Origin: Lingula anatina
Lineage: Eukaryota > Animalia > Brachiopoda
DNA: 64,000 nt
Direction: 5' to 3'
Assembly: GCA_051362555.1 (NCBI GenBank)
Contig: CM120640.1
Span: 57,514,788 to 57,578,787, forward strand
Made by a program: the position numbers and the translations under genes. Positions 48,201-61,375 of this stretch are shown in pieces. Positions within the stretch are counted from its first letter, which is position 1; every line of letters starts with the position of its first letter. The notes beneath the pieces are model-generated. The model did no database searches, was not told the DNA's origin, and saw only the letters and a program-made list of their open reading frames with translations.

Positions 48201-51200
48201 TCAGTCGTTTTATTTATTTATTTATTCATTTATTTATTTATTTATTTATTTTGCTGTGTGACTACTTTCAATCTGAATAGAAAATACGAAAAGAAATATG
48301 TGTGAACAGGATATTGGAAATTTGTTCCTAGAAATAGAATTATACCAAGAATCAATTATAAACCTCCGACCAACAACCTTAGGGTTATCGTCTAACAGTA
48401 ACTAGAAAGAGAGAGTGCAGACCTTCGCCAAGATAAGTAATACACTGTAACTAATAATTAGCCAATTGTTAATTTATGGACCATTGCCATAATCTAAACA
48501 CTTTTAAAACAGCCCATTACTGACCTTTCCTGTAAATCTAACCATAATCCATCCATAACTATTTAAAATAAGGCTGGTGACTAACAGACAAGCAAACAAA
48601 CAAACGGAGATGAAAATATAACCTCCTTGGCGTAGGTAATAAATTCCTCACACACATTATGCTCACAGATACTTGATTCTGGAGAATGCTACACCCCACC
48701 TCTGCACTCGTTTAAACACAAAATCTAGCATCTTAGAGTTTCATTCTGTGACAGGGGATACCCAACTGGTCACATATGCATACAGAATAATATGACATAT
48801 GCTTTCTAAATTTGGACGACAAAATGTCAATGCTCTTTTATGGTCGCTGAATAAGAATAAGAAAAATTGTAAGTATTTGGGATTCTGTGTCAAAATGCGG
48901 TTGGGGTTTTCTCACTATTTGTCATTTTCTAAAATGCAAATTGATGGTATATAAAGATTAAATGTAACACCATAACCGTAGTTCCCCAGTTTTTACATGT
49001 ATTTGACGTACATTTTAACATATCACTATTGTATATATGCATTCTGTAGTTTCATAGTATTTCACGCTACGGAGGTAGTTTGCACATTAATTCATTCCAA
49101 ATTCGTTGAAGACCATTTAAATAATATGTTTTTATACTAAGCGGTTTGGGAGCGAAAATGACGAGGTTAAAAACTAAAGGGGAAGAGACGTAATTTGATT
49201 GCAAACTCTAGAAAAATTGACCATTCTTTAATATCAAATTTAGTGTTACTATCAAAAACTGGTCACTGAATTTTACTCAGATTCTATTTCAACAACAGTT
49301 TTACTCTTTACCCCCAGTATTCTAATGTTTAAATAAGAAATTCTTCTTTTTTATTTGTAAAAATTTTAACGTCACAAAGCTTAAATTTGTTTTGTGGTCT
49401 TTCAATGAAAGAAATTCTACGTCTTTTGAGCTATTTAACGTTTTACCATAATCATAGTGAAGTTATTTTCTTATTTCTGTAAATTTTGTTTGTAGAGTCA
49501 TAAAAGTCCATGTTCCGTGTATACAACGCATGGCTTATATTTAAAAATCATATCCGACACGAGTGGTGACACAGAAAACATACAATTTCATTCCCTGAGT
49601 TTTTCATATTTCTTGCAATTGGTGCAATTGGAATTCCCTTCACTACCTTTTTTCTATAGGCTTTAGTTTTCTTTCTCCTACAGTTGCTGTTCTTAGTGGA
49701 TTCCTGTACGTAGCCGGCGGTGAAAAAACGAACGGGCAGGAGACCCCCCTGAACACCGCTCACCGCTATGACCCACGTACAGATACTTGGCTACAAATTG
49801 CCTCCATGAAACATTGCCGAGAGAGCTTTCAGTTGGGTGTACTGAACGGATTGCTTTACGCAGTTGGTAAGTTCTCTCTTTCTCTCTCTCTCGCTCTCTC
49901 CGTGTGATTATTGGCGTGTGTGTCCGAGCGAGAAAGAAAATTAAACTTTTTTTCATTCATCTGCTTTCAAGTTTTACAAGATGTCATGTGGGATCAGAGC
50001 GTTTTGAAAGAGACTATTGACGTCCAAATGCATTACTGAATTATTGAATCTACCTAGATCGATCTAGCAGGATCGGCCCATCTCCGAGGGGATCGATCTA
50101 AGTATGGGAATTGGGTCTAACAAATCGAGTGGAAAGTTGAATTTACTGTTGACATTTGATAAGGAAATAATAATTAGATTAAGGAAGCCTAGGTATTTTC
50201 ATACCTAAATTTGAGACCTTTGTATTTTATACAGAAGCCATTATACTGATATTGTATAACTCGTTAACAATCCAGCCTATTTAGGCAACACCTGATGCTA
50301 AGTTGTCAGGCAGCTGTTAATAGAGTCTTTTCCACGAAATCGTGAGCATGCGCAGTTCGCGCCATTTTGTGCGGGACTGTTTCTCAGGGGGAAAGAGTAG
50401 AAGGCACTGAGCAGAAGGGGCCTTCGGTACTTTTGTAGTATACCCCCCACCCTGTAACTTTCTGTAACTTTCACTTTTCAAACAGTTTTTTACATTTTAT
50501 TGTTTATCTATGTCAAAGCTGTTGAAATAAAATGCTTTTGTAATTACCTGTGGACTTTTTATTAGTGTTAACAGGGGCGGATTCAGAGTTATTTCCTGAC
50601 AGTCTTCCAAATTATCTTTGTTGATCCGTTCTTCATTTTTGACCGTCTTTCGACAGAAAAAATTAGATACCCGCCAATGTAAACTTGAAAATCTGACCGT
50701 CTTCTGGAAGACCCAGAAGACGCCCTAAGGCCACACTTTTTTTATTTTATGGATGACATCCTGCGCACGCACCGATTTTCGCCCGTTCTCCAAAAAAAAA
50801 AAAAAAAAAAAAAAAAAGCCCCCCCCCCCCCTCCAGCCCCCAACAAAGTCGGTTGTGGCAAATGTCGTTATTGAATTTGCCAGGAAATGAGCTTTCTGCG
50901 CATGTGTATTTTCGCTACATGGAAATGCATCCACTTTGCCGTCAAATTCATCTCTAGGATTACTTTCAAATAACACAACAACAAAAGTCATAAAGAGAAC
51001 GGGCGCCATCGTTTTGGATTGGTATGCCATTGATATTTGGCATGGAGATATCACCTTTTTACAATTGTGCGAAAGGCTGGCGGCGGCCGAAAAATTTCTG
51101 TGACATTCTGTACAAAGCAGCACATTAATACCAGGTTTTCTGTAGCGAAAAAAGGGACGACAAGGGCGTCGAGGTATTTGGTGGGCTGAAGGTCGGACAG

Positions 51201-54200
51201 GCCACCTGACAGTTTGGCTGCTTCGTGTGAGTTGAAGTAGACAAAATGTCATCGTCCGAATTGACCTTTAATAGATTTGGCAGTATTAAGCATATCTTTG
51301 CATTATTTTTAAACATTTCTGTGAAGTGTTCAAAATGCTGTAATATTCTGAGAATACAAATAAAGACACACTGTTTGATTGATATTTGTTTTATTGATTG
51401 CTATACCAAATGAATTCATGAAATAACCTTAAATAGATTTGGTAATATGAAGTATATCTATTCATGACTTTTTTACATTTCTACGAAGTATTCACAATGC
51501 TTTAATATTTTTAGAGCATGGATAAAGACATATTGTTCGTTTGATACGTGTAACTGTGGTAAAATTTGTGTTTCCAGCTGTGTACTGACAGCATTCCTTT
51601 ACTTAAGCAGTATTTTTTTTTGGACGATTTTTTTTTTCGCCCTCGCGCACCGATTTTGGGGTACCCAGAGGATGTCATCCATAAAAATAAAAAAGTGTGG
51701 CCTAAATCCGCCCCTGGTTAATCACGTTTAATCCAGCCCATTGAAATACAAAGTTAAAATCTTCAATTTACACCCGCAGTCAATAACTTGCCGCATTTTC
51801 GTTGGCTAACTCTAAGGTAATTTTATGTGAACAAGAAGCTCATAATAATTCACAGAGGAAATCCAAGTATACAATGTATCAATCCTATGTTCACATAAAA
51901 TAAGGTAGAGTTAGCCAACAAAAACGCAGCAAGTTATTGACTGCGGTTACATTGTAAATTTTCACATTGTATTTCAATGGGGTGGAATAAACGTGATTAA
52001 AACTAATAAAAAGACCACAGGTAATTACAAAAACATTTTATTTCAACAGCTTTGACATAGGTGCAAAAGACAATGTAAAAAATGTTAGATGAAGGTTTCA
52101 GGAAGTTACAGGGTGGGGGGTATACTTCAAAAGTACCGAATGTCCTATCTTTGCTGTCGATGAGGTAAGTTTTTAGTTCTTTCATTGAAAAGTCATCAGG
52201 TACTTCTGCTTAATTTCTATTCCAACTGCTCCCATGAATGTGTTTTCGAAAAAAATCAAGTGATAACATGTTACGAAACTTTGAAAATTCAGATTGAAAT
52301 GAGCACTCCTCGATATGGCGTCCGTCGTGTACACTCCACACTTTCCCCCTGAAACTTCAAATCCCGCAAAATCTCGCGTTCCCACGGATAATTTAGCGGA
52401 AGACACGTGACCGTGGAAAAGACTCTATTAGTAACTTATTGACGCACTCAATTCAAGCAACAGTTGCTGCCACCTCACTACTGCCTTGCAGCCGTAATAT
52501 GGAAATATTTACTTCCTTAGATGAATGATCGTTTGATTGGCACATCTGAAAAAGGAGACACTTTTTTGTGTATGTGTATGCGTGTTTTCGAAGAAGCTAC
52601 TTGGAGTATGGTTTCATTACTATAGAAATGGATTTAGCTATAAGTCTGCAGTACTTTCTGCCAATAAATTTACACGAAAAAACTTTTGCCGAGTCATGCG
52701 AGAATAACATTTCTCTATTTCAACATTAAATAAATATCAATACAGATGAGTTATCCATCAAAATAAATTTGAAACCTGTGTTTTTTTTTAGTTTACTTAT
52801 TTAATGCAAATGACATATTCAAAAAGTTTTAGAAAAGTCAGTTCCTACATGCCAGTAAAACTGGTCAAAACCAAACAGATGCCAATTTTGTGCACACCTT
52901 GAATGGACAGGTGTCATATCTAGTGACAGGAAAAGGTTGGTCTTGCACGTTTACACACTCGTTAGCACAGTGAATTTTCTAGTGTCAAATGGAACTGTTT
53001 CGGTGACACATAGATTTGGCAAGTAATAAGAGGCAGAGATGACAGGCCGTTGTAGTGCTCGTACAGTGTAAAAAGGACGTAGACAGTACTGTGCGTAGTT
53101 ATAAGCTAGGACCCTAGTTATAAGTCACAACTTGCGATAAAATGTGTCTGTTAGAGGTGTAATGTTGAGCCTTAGCATTTAAGATGGTCGGGTAAATTTT
53201 TTCAGGTGGTCGTGTAAATCAGAAAAGTTCCCTCGCTGATGTGGAGCGTTACAACCCGGCCGTTGATGAGTGGGAGCCTATCACTCCCCTTAGTACCCCA
53301 AGACGCAGCGCGGCAGTGGCATCGTTGAACGGACGCTTGTATGCAATGGGAGGCTCAGGTAAGTATCAGATGTCTCTTCATTTCTATCCTCTTTTTTATC
53401 TCATTTTCGACTTACTTTTTGTTGTAAACCTTATCCGCGTGAAGCAACTTGACAGTTGATGACCGCACTTGGCCGTAAATAATAACGATTTACGTGCCAT
53501 GGGTTTCATACGAATTAATGTGAAAAATACCGGGGCTGGGCCTAGATCTAGACAAGTTTTTCTTGAAATACACTTACATACAGTGAATAAGGTCTATTGG
53601 TCTTTTGCGTATTCCATCGTATTTTCAAATTTGGTCCATTATCATATAGTGCGGGTTTAAATTTTATTTCAGCTAAATCAACGACCTGGTGAAAAGTATT
53701 ATTCCCCTAAGAGCTCATTTTCTTTCAGGCTAAGCAACTCATATACTTGATATCTTGAAAATATACATTGACTTAAAATCTTATAGCAACCATTTAGGTC
53801 TTTACATTTTGATAATAATAATTATGATAAAGACCGCAAGCATTTTACTTATATTTCTAATTATACCTATCTTTCTAACAATTTGTGTGAACAATTAGTA
53901 CCTCATGTGATAGGTTTGCGTATGTCTAAAAGTACGGTATCTAATTAAGATGTTTTTTTTTTTATTTGTCAGATATACCCCTTTTACCCATGGAATTTTA
54001 TCAAATTACTCGCACTCTTCACAAGATTTCTCGTGTATAGTATATGTGTTTTATGATGATGTATCTTCAGTTCTGACTAATACAATAGTTCAGAAACAAA
54101 AATTAAAACAATCACTCTTTCCCACATTCATGCGTATTTTTATTCCTCTGATCTGTTTATGTACCTTCCCTTTTTAAATATTCTAATTTATTTCGAAAAT

Positions 54201-54653
54201 CCAGGTGATCGCCTTATTTCCAGCAGGGTAGAACGGTACAACCCCCTGACTGACAACTGGGAAATCCGGCGCTCTCTGAGCACCCCTCGGTTTTTTGCGA
54301 TGTTGGTGCCGTGGGCTAATCACTTATTCCTGGTGGGGGGAGCTACACTGGACCCCTCGGGGAACGTAACGTGCGTGAGCTGCATAGAGCGTTACACACC
54401 CGTGACAGACACGTGGTGCACGTTATCGTCCATGCAAGAACCACGCGCCGAAGCTGGTTGTGCGTTGCTTGGCAGCAAGATTTACGTTGTGGGTGGTTAT
54501 AGCTGGAACCGCGGTGCACGCTTGAGTAGCGTTGAGGTGTATGATATTGATAAAGATACGTGGTCTCCCGCAGCAAGTATCCATACACCATACACTGGAA
54601 TCTCTTGTGGCGCGCTGACACTCTACAGGCTTCCAAATAAAAGTCATGAATGA
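42884..54653 (+). CDS. Kelch-like BTB-BACK-Kelch protein (~638 aa); exons 42884-43843, 44412-44583, 49684-49866, 53206-53358, 54205-54653
   Basis: BTB (MCDVSL...VHRLVLVSSCDYF...MYTGRI) and BACK in exon 1, then six GG...Y.P...W kelch repeats across exons 2-5. All introns are GT-AG and phase-compatible. The specific KLHL ortholog is not assignable by eye. Confidence 0.94.
45245..45293. repeat. (TA)n microsatellite
   Basis: Directly visible in the sequence. Confidence 0.95.
46110..46238. mobile_element. Short MITE/hairpin with 31-bp perfect inverted repeat
   Basis: GGTCTGTGCCCTGAATACCCCACGGCGTAAT (46113-46143) and its reverse complement (46205-46235). Confidence 0.8.
48399..48640 (+). mobile_element. 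Helentron-associated (HINE/pearl-like) non-autonomous element
   Basis: Starts AACTAGA, has subterminal ACCTTCGCCAAG, an (ACAA)n microsatellite and a terminal hairpin ACCTCCTTGGCGTAGGT-AAT. The layout is recognised from memory of such elements. Confidence 0.6.
50572..51716. mobile_element. hAT-like MITE with 5-bp TSD, nested in the foldback element
   Basis: TIR CAGGGGCGGATT / AATCCGCCCCTG; GTTAA duplicated at 50567-50571 and 51717-51721. Confidence 0.85.
50729..51702. mobile_element. PIF/Harbinger-like non-autonomous element, innermost
   Basis: ~34-bp TIR GGCCACACTTTTTT(T)ATTTT(T)ATGGATGACATCCT; TAA duplicated at 50726-50728 and 51703-51705. Confidence 0.88.
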
Positions 54654-57567
54654 TATTTTGAAAAATTTCCGTAAATCCTTAGATGTCCATTTTGAAAACA
54701 TAATTGATGAAAACGTATTAATCCCAATACTGTGTTCTTTATATCATGGTGTATGATCTATATCTAACTAAATGTCGTAATAAGTCATTGTTCGGTTTGA
54801 ATATTAATTTATCAAAATATATTTCATCTAATTCAAATAAATTTATTACTTACAAGGACATTGCTATGGTTTAACAACGTGTTGTTTATGTGTTGCTTTA
54901 AGCAATGATTAGATAAGGGATACTTCTGCATACTTATAAACAAAACTGAGCGGTCGCCAGTCGCTGACATCTGACCACAGAAATATGCCGTGGGTCTGTC
55001 AGCAGGTTAAAGTTAACATCGGGTTGAAATATAAATACACGCGTGCTTAACGAATCATTTGCCTTGTCTAAATTGTCAAATTATTTTTGGACAGTAGGTT
55101 AGTTTGGGCGCGGTTGTCTTACAAGAATGTAGGGTGGTCTTAATGATAAAGATTTCATCAGTCGGAAGGAATGTTGTCATTTCCCAATTCGCCCAGCACT
55201 TTTGATAACCAAAATTGCCATTTTACCTTTTTCGTTTCGAATGCTGTATATCTAGCTTGAGTGTTTCGAATAACTTGTAATCAGTCATTTGTAAAAATTT
55301 TACTAGCGGTATTATTCCATATACTGAAAAAAAAGGGGGAAAGGACATTTTTAGATATGATGTCGCTCATATATTTGGACGCCCTGTGAAACAATGCAAC
55401 CGGTTTTTATAGAAATATATTTCATGGTTTTATCTAATCTGAATCAGTCAGAAGTTTTTTCTTACATTTTTTTTTTCGTCTCTGAAAAATTGTTTTGGTA
55501 AAATGGCATTTCCTTCAGGAAATTTTATGCGGTAAAACATATTATCTATAGCCAAAGACAATTAATAAAAATGACAAAATTGACTCAATGTAGTCAAAAA
55601 GTTTGACAGCCACGGAACTAGACTGGTATGAAGCCGATAACATTTTCATCTCTTTCATATAAGACAACAATTTGAGTCAAATCACCGTGAAATCGCGTTA
55701 TCTGCAGATTGTGCCCTTTTGGTAGGATTCGAAAGACTTAAAAAATGTCAGATTTTTCGGCGGTACTAATTTTTTAAATACAAAATCAAACATGAATTAT
55801 CCATATTTAATATCTGCGGTAATAAAAGTCTTTAGAATACCAATCAGAACACTTCTTTACTAGAAAAACTTACTCATTTTCGCGCAGTGGAAAAAAAGAT
55901 GAAGCATCTGTTAAAATTCAAAAGGTATTGTATGAATTGTTAATATCTGAAGCCATGTAGATCATAGTCTTCTGAAGTATAGGAAACAAATTAAAATTTC
56001 AGCCGACCAGATACATCTCCTTAGTGCTCACCTCCAACCGGAGGCTAATTAGGTGACCAGGCGCTATCGGTGTGATCAGCACCGTCGTTATTATAATCAT
56101 GAGAGCTGACCAACATGCCCGGCGGGAGGGAGGTGGCCAGTTAAATACAATGGAGCATCGGCTCATTATCAGGCCTCACGACTTGGCTTCAACTGCAAAA
56201 TTCATCAAATATCGTTTGTTTGCAACCAATTTGTTTCAGTAAAAGTTACATTTTGATTCAAAGGTCCTAATCTGCGTATCACTTTGAAATCGGTGATAAT
56301 GAGTTGTTCATGATGGAAATCATACAACGTACTCTGTGTTTGTTTTCAATGTCGGCTAGAAGCACATGGTGCGTAGTTGTGCTATACACGTCTCGCGAAA
56401 ACACCGCTGCCTTACTGGTACATCTTAGGGTAAATGAATGAGTTTATACAACCAAATTACTGGAGAATTACGCAGGTAAATAACCGTGGAAATGCATCGT
56501 TTCGTATCAGGTACAGTATCTAAAATGAACCTGTATCCGAAGAATGAGCATAGGTAATTGTATGCATCGATTAACTTACAAAAGGTGTCCGATGACTGGA
56601 AAATGTGAAATAAATCACTTTCTCGTAGGAATAAAGCTACTGTACATAATAGGTTCTAGCATGTACCTGCCCGGCTACTTAGTACCTGGAAGTTCCCCGT
56701 GGTCCAGGTGAAACCCATGTGACCAACTGTCCTTTTGTGGTTGAAAGATTTGTATACAAATCCCCGATTTGGCCACTGGGTAGCATGCTTCTTTGATCAA
56801 TGCGGTTCAATGGCTATTAACACCGTGTCGTCATTTCGTTATCTGATGTTTCAGAATCAGCGAAATCGCTGGGGCGAGGCTTTAATAACCCCCTGCCAGT
56901 ATACACAATGCCCTGTTAACTGAGCGGTACAGGTACCGTGTAGGCGTGATGCATGCGCGGCTCTCACAGGTATCATTCAGAGACCAAACGTGACAACTCG
57001 CACAAGGAAGCACACTTTCTTTGAGGAAAGCAAACTTTTGGTTCTGTGGATAAACCGTTATCGGCAAGGAACGTTCTAAGTTGACAAGGCACGCGACAAG
57101 TCGTAGGTGGGAATATTGCTGAAAATATTACTTTATCACGAAAACAACTTTGTGACCACATTTTATGAAAGGATACCTCATCTTGAGGAAGCATAGTTAT
57201 CATCAGTGTACCTTGATACACACGCACGACCTGTGGATGATTTGTGAGTGAGGAAAAATCATCGCATTACAATTACGGATCAGGAAAAATTGTTTAAAGA
57301 GGACACCTGTCCTCAATTTTGGGCGGAGGCGCGTTATGGACAGCAACTTCTTCGGACCATCACTCAAAAGACGACTTTTGATTCTTATCGTGGCATGTCA
57401 AATTTGAGATATTAGCAGGACTAAGGAAACAAAACCCTCGGAAAAAAGTCTTACAAGCGTGCTGCGTTATTGGTATAAAATGACCCTGTTCCTAACAAAA
57501 GGATGACATTAATATCTGCTTTCTTTAAAACGCCATACGAGGGATAACTTATGTTGGGTGCTGCATA

Positions 57568-58569
57568 ATGATATCTCCTTATTTCAGAAACAATTCTCAA
57601 GTGAACCCTCAGATATTGTGGGTAGTGGTGGGATTAATAACTATCATGTCGGTCCGTATTATTAAGACAGCGCCTCTGCAAGAAGATCCTGGAGTGGAGA
57701 CTAGGAGCCTCGCAAGTTTATCGGGACAAACAAGAAGAGGACAAATTTTAGAAAACGAAAAACATTTAAGAACAAATGCAAACAAAAACGCCAGTGCGCA
57801 TATGACCGCAGAGGACCTAACTGCCATTCAAGCCGATGATGCATCGGTAGCCAGAGCTGCTTATCACACCTCTAGAGTTTCCAACCGTGATAACGATCGC
57901 CACATGCCAAGTGTCAAGATTGAGTGTGAGCCCACGTCGACAGAAACTTTACGACAAATGCTTGGCCCAGCATTCAATGCTCGCTATATGTCTATCAGCA
58001 GACCTTACTTGCGTCCGTCGGTCGGGATGAGTTTGGCTGGTGGCATGGTTGGGGATGAACCTATCGAGATTCGCCGGCGCCACGATCCTGCCAACCATCA
58101 CGGACAGTTCCGAGTACCTGAAGGTTTCGAACGCGATTTACCCAGTGACTACGTCAGTTCTCAACACAGACGACACCATCATGGGCAACACAGGCGGAGT
58201 GCTTCGGAGAGGTTTCTTTCCCGCGTGAAACGTGCGAAAACTTCACCGCGCCGACCGGGTGGCGGACGTGGTGGCTCACCACCGTGGCAGTGTGACTCGA
58301 GGATTGTATGGGATGACCTGGGCTCCGATCACTTTCCAAGATTTCTGCGGACGGTTGAATGCACGCAACAAGACTGTTGGTTTGGACACTATAGCTGTGT
58401 TCCTCGTGCATTTACTGTTAATGTTCTTAGAAGAAAAACTGATGCTTGTGTCCCTGTGTATGGGAATCCCACAGGACAAGATGATCGACGCGAAATCATT
58501 CGCTACGAACACGAGTGGATATTTGAGGAACGGTCCGTAACGTTTTGTTGTGATTGCAGTGCAGAATAA
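57568..58569 (+). CDS. trk: Trunk-family secreted cystine-knot protein (possible alternative first exon 56525-56553 spliced to 57588)
   Basis: Hydrophobic leader ILWVVVGLITIMSV and the trunk motif LGPAFNARYMS. Furin site RVKR precedes the C-terminal PWQC...WDDLGSDHFPRFLRTVEC...CWFGHYSC.PRAFTVNVLRR...C...WIFEERSVTFCCDC. Confidence 0.92.
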   Translation: MISPYFRNNSQVNPQILWVVVGLITIMSVRIIKTAPLQEDPGVETRSLASLSGQTRRGQILENEKHLRTNANKNASAHMTAEDLTAIQADDASVARAAYHTSRVSNRDNDRHMPSVKIECEPTSTETLRQMLGPAFNARYMSISRPYLRPSVGMSLAGGMVGDEPIEIRRRHDPANHHGQFRVPEGFERDLPSDYVSSQHRRHHHGQHRRSASERFLSRVKRAKTSPRRPGGGRGGSPPWQCDSRIVWDDLGSDHFPRFLRTVECTQQDCWFGHYSCVPRAFTVNVLRRKTDACVPVYGNPTGQDDRREIIRYEHEWIFEERSVTFCCDCSAE

Positions 58570-60260
58570 TTGACAATTGTAAATGTATTCACTTTATTGC
58601 CAAATCAAGGTGACAGCGTTCAGAGCGTCATCAAGTAGAAATTGCCACAATCAGCTCGTTAACTTATTAGTGTGTCAGCCTCAGGGCTTGACGGTGTAAA
58701 TAGATAAAGGCCACAGATTAACGTCAATGGATCCACTGCGATCAAATATGTGATCGAAAAGATGCCACTGTAAGTTTTTTTTCTTAATCAAGTATTGTGG
58801 GGTCGTTTTTTTTCTATCCTTTATATCAGAGATATGCCCTATTTTTCTTTTAAATCAGAGATACATATATACAGTCCTGTATTATATATGAATTAAATTA
58901 CCTGGAAGGTTGTCATTATATATACTGAGTGTCCTGAAAAATTTGATGCTAAATGACTGACTAGAACAATTTTATGAGACTGTCAATTGCAGATAAGATT
59001 TATTTAAAATTTAGTGTTTGAACGCATGATATCAATTTTTAACGATTACTGATGCCTCAGTATGCAGTGCGTGCGTCTTTTTCCCTCCGCCTGTTTAAAT
59101 CGATTTACATCAGATTAATGTACTTAAAAATTATACGGTTGCATTATAATTATGTATTCTTAAATAAGATTTTTAGAAATCTCGAAAAAACAAATACATG
59201 CCTTTTAGATCATTTAATTTTTAAAAACTTTTTAGAGAGCGGAATACAAATTCTCTTTATGAATGTTAAGATGCAAGTGTTGCATGTGTTTAATTCCATT
59301 ACGCTGTTACCTACTGTAATAGTCCTATCTTGTCCATTGTTTTTCTTCTATTACCGGTTCTGTGCTGGTGGTGCAGTATTCTCTCACTAGTGTAAATATT
59401 TTTAATTGCACGGTCCAAGCCCTCCTGTTACTATGATTGGAAAACTTTAAATAAAATGTATTATGTGATGGTTGTTCTTAGTCCTTTGTTTTGAGTTTGT
59501 GTTAAGATGCATTTGCCGGAATGAAATAAATTCATCCGCCATGACTACTTCCTTGATTTCATTTGCCAAATTGTGAAAAATCGCAACACATTAAATTCTA
59601 GCTGTCAAGGTCGTGAACAACCACAAACATAAAAAGTCGAGCATAATTTAAAAGGATCGGATTTTAATAATATTTTTATGATGTTATTGTTCTCACTGTT
59701 ATAAAAAAAAAAGAAAAAAAAAACAAAAAAAAAACAAGGCGATTGATCACCAATCCACGCTGTGGAACTCGGGGTAAATCAGAAATATTACGCTTAGCCT
59801 TATAAAATATCGTAGGATATTACCTAAGTAAATAATCCATAAATTTTAAACTGCTGTCATTATCAAATCCATTGACAACCCCAGAAAATTGTGGTAAAAA
59901 TACCTAGCTCAATTCAAAAACATGTTTGAAGGGGGTTGATAACCATTTTACAAGAACTGCCTCAAACGAAAAATTGTACTTGCTTTGTAAAAGAAAAGCT
60001 TGATACAGAAGTCGAGATTTGATGTGGTTTATTAAATTCGATGTTAATAAACTTTTTGCGTCAGTCAATAGACAAATGTACAGCTTGAACACTGTATCGT
60101 GTTGAATGTTCCTAATCAAGAAAGCTTACGACACGTATATCTATATATATATATATATATTATGTTTCTAGGCTCCAATTTTGTTTTTGGATATTTAGAT
60201 AATATTCCCAGGTATGACTCCATCAGCAAATATCTGAGAATCTCACCTTGCATATACACA

Positions 60261-61314
60261 TCACAGTACGCAGTCACAATGTGTTGTGACCATGACTTTC
60301 GTTTTCCCCCAACCCCCAGTTAATCCAACTGGTCTAAAGCCATTTTCACACTCAAGATGCCATGTTTGTGGGAGTCTCTTCAAAACAGTGACCGTCCTGT
60401 TTCGAGGTACGCACACCCCGTGCTCGTTTGAACATTTGCCTTTACATAAAACATCACGAATAAAACGAGGGTCAAAGCCCTGGCCTAGATCACGAAAGTG
60501 AGTCTCTGACATGCACTCACAAGGCGCTAAGTTCCCCACACCGCGTTCTGCGCGCACCTGTCTTTCCATCCAGCGAGGTCTCATCGAGGGCCTTTCTGGT
60601 TCAAATTGTTCCTCGCCACTGCGCCTTAAGGCAATTTGAGATCTAGCTGAAAAGTTAGTAGTGCTTAAAGATGCCCCTATGATAGCCCCCATCTCCGGCA
60701 CTCGTGAGCCCGTCTGAACCCCTTCCACCACGTCACACTTCCATCGCCGGGGTGCTGCGCTGACGTAGGAGCTCAAGGAAAACAGGACCATTGCCGTTGC
60801 TACACCCTACAAAATGCAAATTTTCCAATTTCAGAAAACATCAATGTGAGGATTTGTATAATTTGTACGTTATTCATTATTAGTGTTTCTACGTTTACGT
60901 TTAAACGGTGATTTCTTTTACCAGGAAAAAACTTCTCTTTTTCTGACCCAAAATTTGATCTTGTTTCTATGAACGCATGTGGATTTTGCAGTTAAAAGGT
61001 CCGCTTTTCAGAAAAGATCCTCCCATTAAGATTGCTAGCTACAAAACTGCTTGTTTGCTACAACTCAATCTCCCTGTTCCTCAAGAAATTAAAGGCGCAC
61101 TTTAAGATCGCTTTACTGCAACAGACGATTTTTGTTGTGAAGAGTTGTAGAGAATAAGCTGCGTTACTATTTGTTTTATACAAATTATAATGGATAACGT
61201 TATGAGGCAGATTTAATGGCCTATTTTGGTTAATTGACTAAAATAATAGAACTACAAGTAGCTGAAAGTTTGTCTTGACAGTCTTTAAACAAGTCGGTTA
61301 TAACCTTTGCCGGT

Positions 61315-61375
<61 letters not shown>

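Larger units (their letters stand above)
50320..52428. mobile_element. Outer foldback-type DNA transposon in KLHL intron 3
   Basis: TIR ATAGAGTCTTTTCCACG / CGTGGAAAAGACTCTAT. Long internal inverted arms: 50423-50571 plus 51722-51835 pair with 51889-52140. Confidence 0.8.

Noticed and set aside
50725-51252. 175-aa minus-strand ORF with Cys/His residues
   Set aside because: Lies inside a non-autonomous element, runs through G and T homopolymers, and has no transposase motifs.
57609-58540. Several short ORFs overlapping trunk on both strands
   Set aside because: Shadows of a GC-richer real exon; no independent evidence.
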